Positions 21,774-35,460 of a stretch of DNA of 45,622 nt are shown here, piece after piece. The stretch is from Asterionella formosa (taxonomy: Eukaryota). Location: contig NKIB01014238.1 of assembly GCA_002256025.1 (NCBI GenBank), positions 1 to 45,622 on the forward strand, read 5' to 3'. Numbering within the stretch: the first letter of the stretch is position 1; every line of letters starts with the position of its first letter. A program made the translations under genes and the position numbers. The notes under the pieces are model-generated. The model was not told the origin of the DNA. It made no database searches and saw only the letters and a program-made list of their open reading frames with translations.

Positions 21774-23115
21774 TGTGATAATGTATCCCATGGTCATTTC
21801 ATTGGCTTCCATTGTTCCTTCACTGCAGTTATATGTTTTCCCAATATTCACACTTGTTTCAAAGTGTCAACTGTCATCAGTTTCGATTTCTCTTTGACTT
21901 CCAAAGTCAATAAAGTACAGATTAATCTAACTCACTTCCGAAAGTACGTTGTTAGATTACCTTCAGACTTGAGTCTATTCTCATACATTGAGATAGCTAT
22001 TATCACAGGTTATTAGAGCCCTTTTACATTTCCATTCCTAAACAACCAATCTTCATTTGTTTGTTCTTTTTCCTCCTGCTTGAGATGATGATAACTCCAT
22101 CTCCTTCCATCCCTGGAAGCCTTTGAAACGCTTGCCCACTTGGTATTACTCCCTCCATGCCTGCTCTTTCTGTCTCTCATGTTCTTCATGATCGCCCAGC
22201 ACCTCCTGGTACTCTCACTAAGCTCTATCACTATCTCTTCTCTTCCACCAATCCTGCATCTGTTGTTCCTATTTCTTTGGAAGTCCGTTTTTCGCTTTTC
22301 CCTTGTGGCGCTGTTGTCCATTTTCAACCAGCCTCCTCCAGCCACCTATCCAGTCCATGTTACTGTTGTCTCCATTGACCGCAATGATCCTGACCAGCTT
22401 CTCTACAATGTTTGCCACTCCAACAGTGTTCTCATTGACACTGCTGATTCTTGTTGTCTCCATGACCTCCCTGATCAACCTGTTGCTTTCACCATCAATA
22501 CGGCTGTTCTGTATTCCAAGCATTGTTCTACACCTGTTCCATGCACTGTACAAGCCGCCAACCACCCCAACTACTCTCTCCGCACAACAGCTGACAATCA
22601 TCTCATTCACACAGTTTTCAAACACATCAGTCTTGACTTGAGCCCTTCCCATGTGCCTCTGCCTCTGCCTCTTCCATCCCCTCCCCCTTTGATTCCTTCT
22701 CTGGTTTTTCCCCTGGCACAAAACAGGTCCTTCTGTCTGTTGACCGCTTGTCAATTTGGGATCGCCACACCCTCTCGGCCACCCCAATTGTTACCTCATC
22801 CCTTTCCGATGGCACTTCCTCTTTTATGCAGGATTTTCAATGCCAACTTGGCGAGTTCATGACTATTGAACGTTTTCATCACAATGGTTTACTTTCTATC
22901 CTGGATGTTCGTGGAATGCCTCGCGATATTATCCGTGATTCCAGCTCTCTTGTGCTTGGTGATTTTGAGCGTGCTGATGCGTGGCTCCTCTCTGACTCTT
23001 CCCCGTCTGGCCTTGCTCTCGCTAAACTCTCTACTTTGCTTTTTCTTAAGCTACAAAATTTGTGTACCCCTGCTTTCCAGGCCACTCTTCGTGGCTCCTA
23101 CAAGCCTTTCTATAG
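21774..23115 (+). mobile_element. 5' remnant of a Copia-type LTR element: LTR 21774-22007, PBS-like 22008-22021, degraded gag-like region
   Basis: Perfect 9-bp terminal inverted repeat TGTGATAAT...ATTATCACA, followed immediately by GGTTATTAGAGCCC, which resembles the Copia half-tRNAiMet PBS GGTTATG(G/A)GCCC. C/T-skewed frameshifted ORFs follow. Right boundary is approximate. Confidence 0.72.
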
Positions 23116-23757
23116 CTGATTTGGTAGAGGCACTGGGAATCCACTGTGAAATCTGAGGCTGATCCTTCCAAGCCAACAACAAACCATCTCGTGTGGAAGC
23201 GCAAGGAAACAGTATTGGAGCCGCATCAAGCAGTCATTTTCTTAACCAAGCGCTCAGTAACTTGCGTAGACTTGATATTGGAGGGGGAGTCAAGTAGCGA
23301 GAAGCAACGACTTCTGACGCTTGTTTACTGATTACCCCGACGATGAGAACGAAAGTGGAGAAGATAACGGATCTGACTATGATGAAAAGTACAGAAATAT
23401 TCCCATCTACAACATGCCAGAAGAAACACAAACGAGCTATATTTCTAATGGTTAAATCATGATGACGGTGATGAATATGATTTTGACAAAAGCATCGTGA
23501 ATTCGGATATTCCAACCACAAAGCTCTTTTCATCACTTTTTTGCAGTTTCGACTAAAAATATGTATGGACACCATTAAATTTCTTACTGGTAAACATCTT
23601 GGACCGCCATGAAAAGGTTTTGCAGAGATAACAACGGTGTTGCTAATATTACCACTGATCCAGAGTGTTCAATTCAAAAAAATATCCTGATAATTCTATT
23701 CTCAGTTCCTCGTAATCCACGATTCCCGCCGAGTTTAACAATTTTCCTTGTCAAAAG

Positions 23758-26700
23758 TCACGCATAGTAGTGTGGGGAGCTGACAACATCGTCCAACGCA
23801 TCAAGTTGCTCCTCGGTGAAGACCTTCTTGTGGAGTTCCCAATTATCGGAAACGTGCGTTTTCTTGTAGGCCGCACAGCACTTCTTGACCATGTCACGTA
23901 CACCTAAAGGCGCATTTCGCTCGAACGAGTGCTTTGATATTGAAGCGAGGGCAACAGGGACGTACCCTGGTGTATCGTACGGCTGGGCCATGACAGATGC
24001 GCAAAGGAAGAAAACAGCAGTTTGCTGGTTGCATGCTCTTCTCTTCTCTTTCGCGTCGGCGAGGCTTGAGTCCCCGCTTGAAACGAGAGTTTCATTTACC
24101 GGAGCAATATTCTTTGCCTTCTTTGGCTTCATCTTTGATTTTTCTGCCATAAAAGCGTATTTGTCAACCAGGGCCGCAACTGTTTCCAGGTCGGTTGCCG
24201 CCAAAATGCCAGTCAATGCGGCCATTGCTGCTGATGATACCTCACGTCTTTCGTCTGCTAAAAGACCGGCAACAATATTTGTAGTTCGTTCAGTGTGCTC
24301 CGAAGTAAAGAGAAATTTGTGGCATCCTTGGAAACACCGAACAAAATGAGCGGCGGCCTGTCGCACTTGCCACAAATCATGCTTGGCAGCATGCTCCACG
24401 ACAGCTAGGACCTCCGATAGTGTTTCTTCGTGTCCATAAGATATGACACACCCCACACTAACTTCAGCGATTGTATAACGATACCCCTTCGCGACATCAG
24501 CTTCCAGCGTTCGTATCGCCACATCATCTTCTGTTTCATTTTCGTTCTCAGCAACATTTGTTTTCAACGCTTCGAAAGCCATGGGAAGAAGCGGCAAAAT
24601 TATATCTTCAAAATCTCGTTTGGAATCACCAAGGTATGTCGAATATGATATAAATCCCCGCACAGTTATTAACGAGTTGTAGCGCCCTTTCAGATCAAGG
24701 TCTTCAGAATCGGTTACTGCAACGAATTTCTGGATGATCTGCTTAGAAGCGCTAATTCTAGATCCACTTCCCTCTCGGCCATACTTGCACTGTCTCCGGC
24801 AATGATATTTATAGATGCGATATAGGCAAGCAGCGATGTGTTCTCTGCAGCTCTCATATGGGTGACCAATTGAATTCAAGAGTCGGGGCAAGAGCTTTTC
24901 GACTATTAATGCCCATGATTCATTATCAGTAGGTCTTGAACTTTCCCCAGTCTTGGGTGAGAGTGTCAACGAACAAGAATACCATGGAAAAGAACTTGTG
25001 TCATCTGCATCGACTTCAACCAAAATGGCATTAGCGAGATACAACCACTTCGACTGGAGCGTGAAACCATTCGTTCCAATACTATCCGATACATCCTCTT
25101 GATTCTCCCCGTCGTTGCCGGTAATATCAGGGTCACTGCTCTGCCAAGTGGACAGTTCAATGTGAGTGACGACCCATGTTGCCAAAGGAGCATAATAGGG
25201 GAAAGGAAAGAAATGGATACTGTAACGGAAGGCATCATAGAGCGAGGCAGCTAGAGATATTGGTAACTTCGTAATCACCACTTCTAGATATGGTAGAAGA
25301 ATTGATTCCCAAATCGCACAACAGTCGTCACGAAATAAATGCATTAGTCCTCGAGACACACCACCAAAGATTTCCGCTGATGTAACTTGTTGGTTCCGCT
25401 GGTCTTCGCTAGGGGGGGACTCCACAAGTTCTAGACCCAAACGCAAGAAAAAATTGGCAACCGCTATGGCATCTTCTTTTCCGACAATTTCAAAAAGAGA
25501 CTCTAGAAGTTGAGCATGTTGAAGCTTGAAGACACTGGAACTCTGCGCGGCTCGTTGGAACGGAAACATAGATCTGGGTGCAATATTCCTAGTAGCATCA
25601 CGAAGGAGATCCTGAACACCAGCGGACCACTGGGCGTCGTGCCCGCCACCGACGCTGGTATCTTCTTTGTGATCAAATACTAATGCGTTTCCAAGGGTTC
25701 GACAAAATTGCTCCTCGCGCAGTTTGCTTCGCAGATCCTCAGGTCGCCTATCGCGTCCGAACGAAACGAGTCGCCCGAATAAACCAAGGGCGGATCTCTG
25801 CAAAGGTTGCCCCTTTTCCTTTTCAAGAAGGAAGAAAGTTAGAGCCCACATTTGCTTGGCAAGCTCGTCGTTGCCTAAGAAATCGTCCTCGTCGAATAAG
25901 CTTGTCAAGAACCATGCAACTTGAAGTCGCTTTCTCCAATGTGTTGGCGACGAGTCGTTCTGCTGTCCTTCTGCATTGTCAGCAACTTCCATCGATGTAT
26001 CATCTCCAGATAGACTATCAAGCAAGTATCGAATAGATGCAAAATGAGCTGACTCGTGGTTTTCCGTTCCTCTGGGCATGATAAAATATTTTGAACGAAA
26101 GGGAATAAAAATGCTTTGAAAATAGTGAATCATCTTTTGCATGTCTTCAGTCGGCAGTAGCGAAATCACTTTCTCAGTTTCGCAAATGGTTTGGATGAAA
26201 GCCAAGCGCCGTATTTCGCTCCCCATGATTTCCTTTCCAGCTCTAGGAACCGCCAAAATAGAACAAACTCCTTTCAGTACCTCAGCTAAACGTTTCCTTT
26301 TTCCTTGATTGTCTTCTTGCGTGCTAAGTTGGCGACAAGATGGAATCCCATATTTGCCCTTCATGTTTTCGTCTTTCAGTGCAATAGCCGACAAGAGACG
26401 AGGAACTCGAGATCTAACTAGCCAACCGAAGCGAGTAAGAGAGTAATCAATAACTCCAATTCCACTAGCACGTACTGATGTGTTAGGATGACAGGAAAGC
26501 GAGAATAGACCGTCAATTAATGCTTCGTATCCATCAAGTGATCTAAAAGCACCAGAGTTGAACATTTCCACCAACCCGGCCATACTTTCCTTCATGTTAG
26601 TTTCAGAAGAGAAGTACCGCTCTGTCCCCTGACTGCCATCATTGTGAAGTCGCCGTAGCTGCCGTGGAATCTCGAAACTTGCATTTCGCTGGATTGACTC

Positions 26701-29700
26701 ATAGAAAAGTTGTATCCTTGTAACAAGCAGTCTACGAGGGATTGATTTACCCCCATCTTCTCCGTCTTTATATTCGATCAAGCCACTTCTCCCAACCACT
26801 GCCGCACGTTGAAGGGTTTCTATCATGTGGTCTCCTTCTGCCCCAAGAACAAAGTCACCCACAAGCTGTTTTTGTGCCTTCCAAATCGTTTTTCCCTCTT
26901 GACAACGGAACGATGCACCACGGCGAGTCAATAACAACAAAGAAATATCACCTATTTCCTTACAGATCTTTGTATCAGAACTGATTCGCAAGATGCGCTC
27001 TTCTGCGCTGAAGGCATTTGTTTCGGGTTCCTCATCAACAGTCTCAGATGCCACGATCGATGCTAGGGACGCAATAAATGCTGTCACTTGGTTGCGCATA
27101 CTCATCAAGGATTGTTTAGCATTCGGAGACATTCTCTCAAGTAAGAAAAGTACTGCTTCCTCGTGGGGGATCAAAGATACATCAAGGTCATTCTTGGTGC
27201 CACCGTTATCAGCTGCACGATTTTCACTGTCAAGTAGTAAACAGGAGCAGCCACGGAGCGAGTACCTTGAGACTCTCAAGCACCGTCGAAGTTCAGTCCC
27301 ATCGAAGGACGATTGACAAAAGTCTTTGACTCTTTTCATCATATGAACGTCCAAAAGCTTAGAAACTAGATCAAGTTGAGTACCTTCGGGAACGTGCCAA
27401 TACACTTTGTCGTGCCTAAGTTGAGCAGACCGCCCAAGTGAACCTGGGCGGGGAACGTACGTCGCACTTATCGGATATGACTCGCACTGAGAAGAGAGAG
27501 TGTGCCGTAGCAGCTTGCAGCCTGTCTTGAAAACGACTTTGTCTTTGCTAGAAAGTGCCAACTTGATTGCTTCTTGAACACTTGCGGAATGCCTGACAAC
27601 AGCAGAGCCGGCTGACCTCACAGCGCCAGCCAGACATCGAATTCTGTAAACCAATGTCTTGTTCGAACTTTGATGCAGACCTTCAACCAATAAAGGGACC
27701 AAACGATCAAGACCAGGACTACTAAAAATTGGTTCTCCATTCCCCTCCGCCATTCTCAAGGCTCCGACAGCTTGACAAAGTGATGCAGCATCCTTTGATG
27801 CCTCAGGCAATGATTCTTCGACGAGAAACGAAGTTACTGATCTCACCGCTTGCAGGTGTGTCTGGTCGTCCATTGATGCAAATATCTGGATGAGTGTTTC
27901 TTTCATAACTCTAGAAAAGTTCCTTGCCTGTTGGACATCTGCAGCTGAATGGCGGATTCCAACTCCTGAAACGTTCTTTCCTGTTTTCTCACGTTCACCA
28001 GCGGCACGAAAAAGATCATACACTCGATCAAGGAACCCAAGGATCCAATCCCCCATAGCAGAAGATGCCTCGTCCAACAAGAAATCGACAAGCTCCGGGT
28101 CTTGCTGCACCACGTTATGTTGTGAAAGTATTGAAGTCTCAGGAAGTTCATGTAATGCCTTCAAATATTCAAGAGATTCTGTTACATTCGAGGCATATGT
28201 AGATAAATCTTTTGTGAGTCTCATAGTCCCATCATCTCCCATTTCCACTGACTCTACTGAGTCAGTCTTCACGTTGCGACCCACTGCCAACCAGGAGACA
28301 AGATTTCGATACATGATCAAGGTTCGAATCGTCTTGTTTTGATCGTTGCTATCGATTCCAGCCAAACTCAGCTGCAAAAGTTCAGGCAATCTTGATAGTA
28401 GGATGGAAGGATCTCGTCGAAGTGCAGGCTGAACTAATCTCGTTAACGCGGACAACGCCGAAGGAGCTTGGTGTGCCAAGTTGACTGCCGAAACTCCAAG
28501 GGCGCTCATGGCAAAATCAATAAATGGGGGTGTTATGTGGACAGGATCAATTTGTGCCAAATAAATCAGTGCAGCCTCACCCGCCCTTCCAACGTGACCA
28601 TTCTTACTGTAAAGAGCTTGCTGACAAAGTGGCAACAACGAATGCAAAAGTGAAACCAATTCGTTGGGCGGGATAGCAACATGAGTTAAGTACGGCTCAA
28701 CTTCTAGTAACGACGCATAAACAGTTGGATTCGACTTTTTCATTGCCTCTAAACTTGCGGCGACACCAACTCTGTGACAGACTTCGTAACTGAAATAATG
28801 CAAAAAAGCGCCCAACGTAAATGTCCAAGATCCGATGTTCGACGGGTTGAAGTAGGGGGTTACAAAGGACAGCATTCGCAACATATCCGAAGTTCCTAGA
28901 GATACACCACTTTCAGTCGTACCAACACCAAGGTTAAGCACCAGGAGCTTCGCAACTTTTGCAACAAAATCAATCCCTTCTTCGTAGCTACCACTACTTC
29001 CAACAAAAATCTTCAGTCTTGCTGGACACGATCTTGACCTTGGACTAGCCGCACGTGGAAATGATTGGTCCATTGTTGCTCCACCGATGGGCACCTGGAG
29101 CCAATACTGACTGTGCGTCAACAGTCGACGACGAATAGGCCCCCAATCAAACTCTTGAACAGAAACATGTTTTCTGGCTCGACAAAAGAGTACGAGCCAG
29201 ATGTAATCAATGTCGAGACAACGATCAACACTGGTCCAACCGTCGAACCAGAGTGGAAGCATTTCAAGATAGTATCGATTAGAGCAGCGAGTCGGCTGAA
29301 AAAGGTACATCATAATGAGGCCACGGTAACATGCATATGAATGTTGACGAATAAGGATATCATCTTTGACCATTTCCCATATATCGCGAGCTGTAGCATC
29401 TACCCGACCCACCAAAGCTCCAGGACGAATCCCTTGATCGAAAAAATGTCGTGCTTGACGAATAAAATGGACACTGCGCTTCAGGATCGTGTTTTGTCGA
29501 GAATTGGCGTCTGTAGGAGCTTTCGCCCAGGTGTGCTCGTCCAAGTAGGGAGCGGTACGGATCAGCATTCGCATGAAAACCTGCCAGTGGAGAATGAGTA
29601 TTGATCTGTTGCTCGAATCTTTTTCCGGGTATATCGCAGCGTTTGAGACGGAACGAAGTGGGCTCTTCTTCGACATGATGTTGATTGCAATTGATAACAG

Positions 29701-30366
29701 TGCGTCTCTAGCTGGTGCAGGCAGTGCAAAAGTTTGCGACAGCTCCTGGTGCAGTTGATCGTCATCTTTGGCATTTTGGTAAGTTTCGTGTTGCTGGTCT
29801 TTCCCGTTGTAAATGTATCCAACGTTCTCGTAGTGTATCGTAACTTTACGTTTGTTTCCACTGTTGTTTTTTAAATACTCGATATCCACGGTCGCAGTTG
29901 CTAGCTTCAAAATATGGAGCAGCATTAGGCAAAGCTCCGTCTGAGTGATTCCACTATGCTTCAAGGATTCCAGGGTATTAAGTTGCGCTTGCAGTCTCGT
30001 ACACTTATTCATAACTGACGACTGCCGCGAGGATAGCGAAAATACCTGTCAGGGACACTTTCCTTAAGCACCTCAAACAGTAAAATCAGATTGACTACTT
30101 ACCAGATTATAACTCTGGGGAAATGAGTGACCGTCGTCGTCCTCGGCGTCCTCTTCCATCTGATCTTCTACTTCCTGATCGGTCACGTCACTAACAAACA
30201 GACTCTCTTTCAACTGAATGGAGTGGACAAGTTCAACAATGATACGAGCCTTTTTCTCTGCAAACTTGGTGATGAAAGGCACACCATCTGAATCAAAATG
30301 GTGAGGAGGCAAATTGCGATGAAAGGCATGCGGGTTGAGTTCTTCTAAGGACGTTCGGTCAGGCAT
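23758..30366 (-). CDS. PSME4: Proteasome activator PA200/Blm10; exons 30366-30103 and 30045-23758
   Basis: About 2180-aa helical-repeat protein with YFNPSNIGSW, LAGIDSNDQNKT, LLADERREV, PYDTPGYVP, YKKTHVSDNW and a C-terminal HbYX motif (YYA). A 57-bp GTAAGT..CTGACAG intron (30046-30102) joins the two ORFs in frame. Confidence 0.93.
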
Positions 30367-31486
30367 GGTGCAACCACGATTGATAGACTGAGCAGTTTAG
30401 TGAAACTATGACTATGAGAGAGATTGCAGACTTTGTAGCGTCCGGGCTGGCGGTCGAAGAAGACAAGACGAAGCCTACCGATTTTTCGATGCTGCTTCTT
30501 GTTCGGTTGTTCTACGCAAAGCAAGTTAAGAGAAGTACTCCACTTCGATACCGTTTAGTGAGAGGAAGAGGGGTGCAGCGGCTATGATTTCTTCCGAAGC
30601 AGCATGGAGGACAATAATGTCGATCTTCAAAACGAGGCAGGCAAGTGTATTAAAGTCATCACCCTCTTGAGGAGCATGGCTTTTCCGCGGTCGGTCGATC
30701 TATTAATCACTACGTGCAGGACCGAAGAAGGGTTTGGAAGCCGACTCCTGCGACCAACTGAGATTTGCAAACCGCACGCACCGGCTGATGATCATTACAG
30801 GTACCTGGTACCGGTAGTTCTTACTCAGCTCTAGACGAACTCGGGTGAAGCTTTCGTTCCGGTAGTGATTTTCGGTTGAAGTTGTAGTGAAGATCACCTT
30901 CACGGCGTTCTTCGGGACGATTGTCCGGTAAATATCTAGTAGAAGCTTGTAGTAGCTCTCTACTAGAGGCTAAAATAATTAATGGAATCCTGTGTTCTGT
31001 ACACGGATAAGTTTTTCGTGAGTCAACTGTGTATGAAACAATTTTGATACATTTTTGATACATGGCTGCATCACAATCAACACACTTACAGACCATGGCG
31101 TCATTGTTCCATAATTTCATTGCTGCAAGACTTGATGGCTGCTCACATTAATCATTCTCTTCGCGGGCGAAGGCTTATAATACAGCGCTTGGTAGGCCTT
31201 GCAGGAAGTCATTGAGTAGCTGATACAGGTCAAATGCAAAAGCTGAACAAGTTAAGTAGTAAAGCACCATCATCTAAGCCACGTATTATGTGAAGTGACC
31301 ATCACGTAAATAAGCCTAGTTGCTTTTGAATGGATCACATGAATTAGTTGAATACATCAAAATGCTTACTTGAATATATCTATTTATTATCTGAATACAT
31401 CATGTTAATTATTTGATCAGAGTATCATGCATGCATTCCTGATCATCACTATATAATGTGATCACCTTCACATTATTATTTGAAAT

Positions 31487-31588
31487 ACTTCACCTAATTC
31501 TGTAAATTAGTTCACATTGCCTTATAATTTTGTTCACGTAATTCTATAATATAGTTCACGTAATGTATTAAATTTGTTTACGTAATTT
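31487..31588. repeat. Degenerate minisatellite, about 22-bp unit with core TTCACGTAAT
   Basis: Successive cores cttcacctaatt, gttcacattg, gttcacgtaatt, gttcacgtaat and gtttacgtaatt. Confidence 0.65.
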
Positions 31589-32889
31589 AAAAGTACTATC
31601 AAATATGTTGATTTCTGATTCAACTGCCAGTATTTCACATTACATGGAAAAGAAATCTCGATATGCAATCAAACAAAGCAGTTCTTTCAGAATGGCATCT
31701 TCAGTCTTGAGAAGGCAGGCATTATGAGATATCTGTAAGGACAATGCAAGACAAACAGAAGCCATTCATTCTGAATGAAAAAATTATTCATTCTTGAAGA
31801 GGCATCATGGTGCGAAATCACAACAGGAATGTATCACACTGGCTTCCTTCTTGTCCTTGAAATGACTTGATTCTTCATTAACCTGCAAATATTTACATAA
31901 CAACAGTGTGTCAGTAATTCATATGATAGAACTAGCAACATCAGAAAGCAACACACACATGTGCTATTCAACTGTTTCACAGAACAGTCAAATTGACAGC
32001 AAGACACCGGCATTAGCCAGCCACCAGGCAGCACCGCAACTCACTGATGCATTTAAAAAAATGCTCCTGTTGTGAAATGGACGGCTAAAATGTAAAATAA
32101 ATGTAGAGAACAATAACAGAACCATGTGATTTATCGCTCGCTTTGCTGATGTGATGACAAAAACTGAGGATTAAGCTTACCTTAGTAAAATCTTCCATTG
32201 CAGGTCTCCATATTGCATCATTTCACCTCTATCACTTGTCCTGCTTTCAAAAGAACACTCCTTTTCTGAGAAGGCCTGTTGAAATGTCGAATGAATGTTG
32301 AGAACAGCAGCATATAATTATGAGTTATCCTTCGCTTGGTGATATGAAAGCAAAAATAAAAAGCAAATAAATCTTACCTTAAAAGCATCCATTGCGGACC
32401 ATCTCAATGTTGCATCATTAAACCTTTTGTTGTTGGTGCAAAAAACCATATGTGAGCTGATAAAAGATTTGTTTATAGTAAGGCAGCTGAAAATCTGGAA
32501 GGGGGATGCTAGTTGTATGATTTGTCCCCATATTGAAAATAAATTGTTCACAGTGGTGTTGAATGTTGGTGTTTTTATGAATTCAAATGGTCAAAAATCC
32601 TGGCGCAGCCATGACTTCATCTTTGTACCAACAGAACCTACAATCTACACGAAAAAATCTGGCGCAGTCTTGCTAACAATTTCGTCGGCTACAAGTGTGA
32701 CTTGAACAAATATGACAAGAGGGAGATGACACAGCCAAAAGTTACTACTCCTAATTGCACATGCACTAAATGATCTACCATTAGCCTCGTCCTACTATAG
32801 TAAAAAATACGCCTTGATTTTATATTGAAAACAATCAACTGATGAGTTAACCAATTAATCTGTTGTGTCTTCCATTCAGAGCATTGTAC

Positions 32890-33420
32890 TACTAGCAACT
32901 GCTTGTCAACCCATGGGTCCCATGCTTATTCCGCCTAAAAAGAGCTCTTGGATCGCTCCCTTGAGTGTCATTGACTCCATATGACGTTTTTCTCCTTCTC
33001 AGTTAATCTTCTAGAATGGCTTCTGTTACTGAAATCACTCCATCTGGCCCTATCTAATCGGTTTCCAGTCAAATACAGTTTGGTCACAGCGCACCCTCTC
33101 CTGATCCCATCAGCCAACGCCATGGCTCCTTCTTCCCGCTTGTGATTCCCTGCCAAGTAGAGCATATGCAAGGCAGATCCAAAAAAAGCACATGCCTATG
33201 ATCTAATCCCATCATCGCCGACTTGGTTGAATCCAAGATCCAACAATCCAAGAGCGCGGTGTGCTGAAATCCCGACAGCCAACGTGTTAAAACATACCTT
33301 TGTTGCCCAAGTTGTTGTAACCTGGTTTGAGAATGGAAGGATTTGAATTCTGCAGCAGGGCCACTTTGACTAAGCATGCATCCGATGACTGCAATCCTCG
33401 CTGTGATAATCAATCTACCA
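32890..33420 (-). pseudogene. Decayed ribonuclease-inhibitor-type leucine-rich-repeat gene
   Basis: LDLGFNQVGDDG, LHMLYLAGNHKREEGAMALADGI, VTKLYLTGNRL, IGPDGV and IQELFLGGISMGPMG* are spread across frames, with stops. Confidence 0.75.
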
Positions 33421-34559
33421 ATCGTGATTACAGATGGATTATTTGAGGGGAAAAAGCGCCAAGGGGTTAGAACAACTGAGCCACGACACAGCGCAAGACA
33501 ACAACACGCACTAGGGGTGCTTGTACCAGTACTTAACTTGGTTAGCTATCATCGCATGAGTGCTTCTGATAAGTGCTGAAGGACACTCTCTCAAGGTGGC
33601 GTTGCTTTGGCGTGCGTAGTGCGAGTTCAATTTGCCAATTCTACATTGACAATGCGCACTTACTTCAGCCTACAGCGGCGATGTTTATGGTTGCGTCAAT
33701 TTGGTGCATGAGGATGGCGCAAACTCTTTTCACTGTCATTTCTTGGCCGATTCATACCTTCTTGGCATATCTACCATACATTACTTGAGTTGCATTTCGC
33801 AATGATTTATCCTCTAAAACAATTTTATCTTGAACTTTTAAAAGATGTAGTTGTAACATGAACTAGTTTTGTCTTGGAAATCACTGTATGATTCTGAACC
33901 ACCATCCTCACATGAAAAACTCGAAGAGAAGTCTTGTTCACTATAATAGTTCATATTATTTACGTAAAGTGCACGACTATAAACTGTAGACTGTCCATGC
34001 ATGAAATAAGACACTACAAATATACTTACTATTTCACAAATAAAGATGTGTGTAGTAAATGAATTAGCCGTTAAAAGTAACCTTTTTTACGGGAAGAGTG
34101 GCATTAATTCATGTCAAGTACCCCATCAATAACACTCCTACGTAAATGAAATTTCGAAAAGTGGCATATTTCGCGGCTTAGATGATGTTTGACTTGATAA
34201 TATTAAAATAAATGATTATTCTTTACTTTTTTAAATTTGCTACTAATATATTATTTCCTTTAGTCACAAATCTTTCCCTTCCCCCCATCATATCTACAGA
34301 AATTGGACTGGCTATACTCAGCAGAATCATGTTTAATGTTCAGCAGCTTATCGCTCCAAAAATATCTTCTTTGAAGCCAACAAAACTCCACTCAACTAGA
34401 ATTTGATTTTTAATTGACCTGTCAACAAACCCAAATATATTTTCAGTTTCCACATGCATTAAATAATATCCTTTGCTAAGATTACAGATTCAACAACTCA
34501 ATACTAGCTAGGCTAGCTATGTTGGTTTTCGTTTTGACAAGTGGATGCAACTCAAATTG

Positions 34560-35460
34560 TATTTCATTTTTCGAGTTGAACTGGCTATGAGTGGACCAAC
34601 ACCAAATCTCGATTTCAAATTCGTGAATTAAAAAAACTTCGTCATGACGATGAAAATATCCTACAAATCAAAAAGGATAGTATAGTTTAAAACCCATTCA
34701 TGCTCCCCTATTTCTAGGCAAGTCTCTCATTGCTGTGCTCAAGACAACATATTCAATTATTCGACAAAAATTGAATTTGTTTCATCGAGTTGAGCACTCG
34801 TCAGCAGACCCAAACCAAGTCTCACTTTCAACATGAATCATTAGCCTTCATGATATGACCCTTGATTATCCAACATAACAAAGCTCTTTTCAACCTAGTC
34901 GACACAGATCTAATTTTTTATTTGGCTCAACTCTTAGCAGACCCAAATCGATTTTTGGTTCTTTGCCTATGAATCAGTACTAGTCTTCATCATATAATGA
35001 TAGAATATCTTGTACAACAAACATCATGTGCGTGGTATGCACTTTTCGAACGAGTCAACACAAACCTGACCGAACTGTTTGTTTTCGAGTGAATGCTCAC
35101 TGGATCCAAATTGAATTTCTCTTTCCATGTAAATTATTATTCTTTGTTATGACGATACTTTGCCAAAAAACTCGACTCAAGTAGAATTGATTGTTTACAT
35201 AATCTGTCAGCTAACCCCAAATGAATTCTTCTTCTTCATTTTGACCGTAGATTTTATCTAACAACTTAAAACATAATGCTGGTCCTTGTTCATACAGGTC
35301 GTTCTTCATGATGACTTAGTACCTAGCAAATCAGAACATTATATTTGTACTAGTTGGAAGAATTGGTTCCAATTAAATCTTAGCAGGCCCAAACCGAATT
35401 TTGATTTCGATCTGAATTGCTATTAGTTGTCATGCTGTGAGATTGTATCCAACACCAACT
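34560..35460 (+). repeat. Highly degenerate repeat array, 5-6 units spaced about 110-210 bp
   Basis: Recurring (CA)GACCCAAAYC..TTTC..TGAAT..TCAT..TATC cores near 34594, 34807, 34940, 35103, 35213 (weak) and 35386. TCGAGT(T)GA precedes three of them. Confidence 0.6.

Noticed and set aside
23120..23400. Possible LRR/acidic coding fragment (GNSIG..LSNLRRLDIG; DYPDDENES)
   Set aside because: Too short and interrupted by stops to assign.
30604..31120. Short ORFs including a Cys-containing 99-aa frame
   Set aside because: No complete zinc-finger pattern or other support. It may be a remnant.
34560..35460. Spaced repeats as a CRISPR-like array
   Set aside because: Units are very degenerate, spacing is irregular and long, no cas genes are present and the context is eukaryotic.
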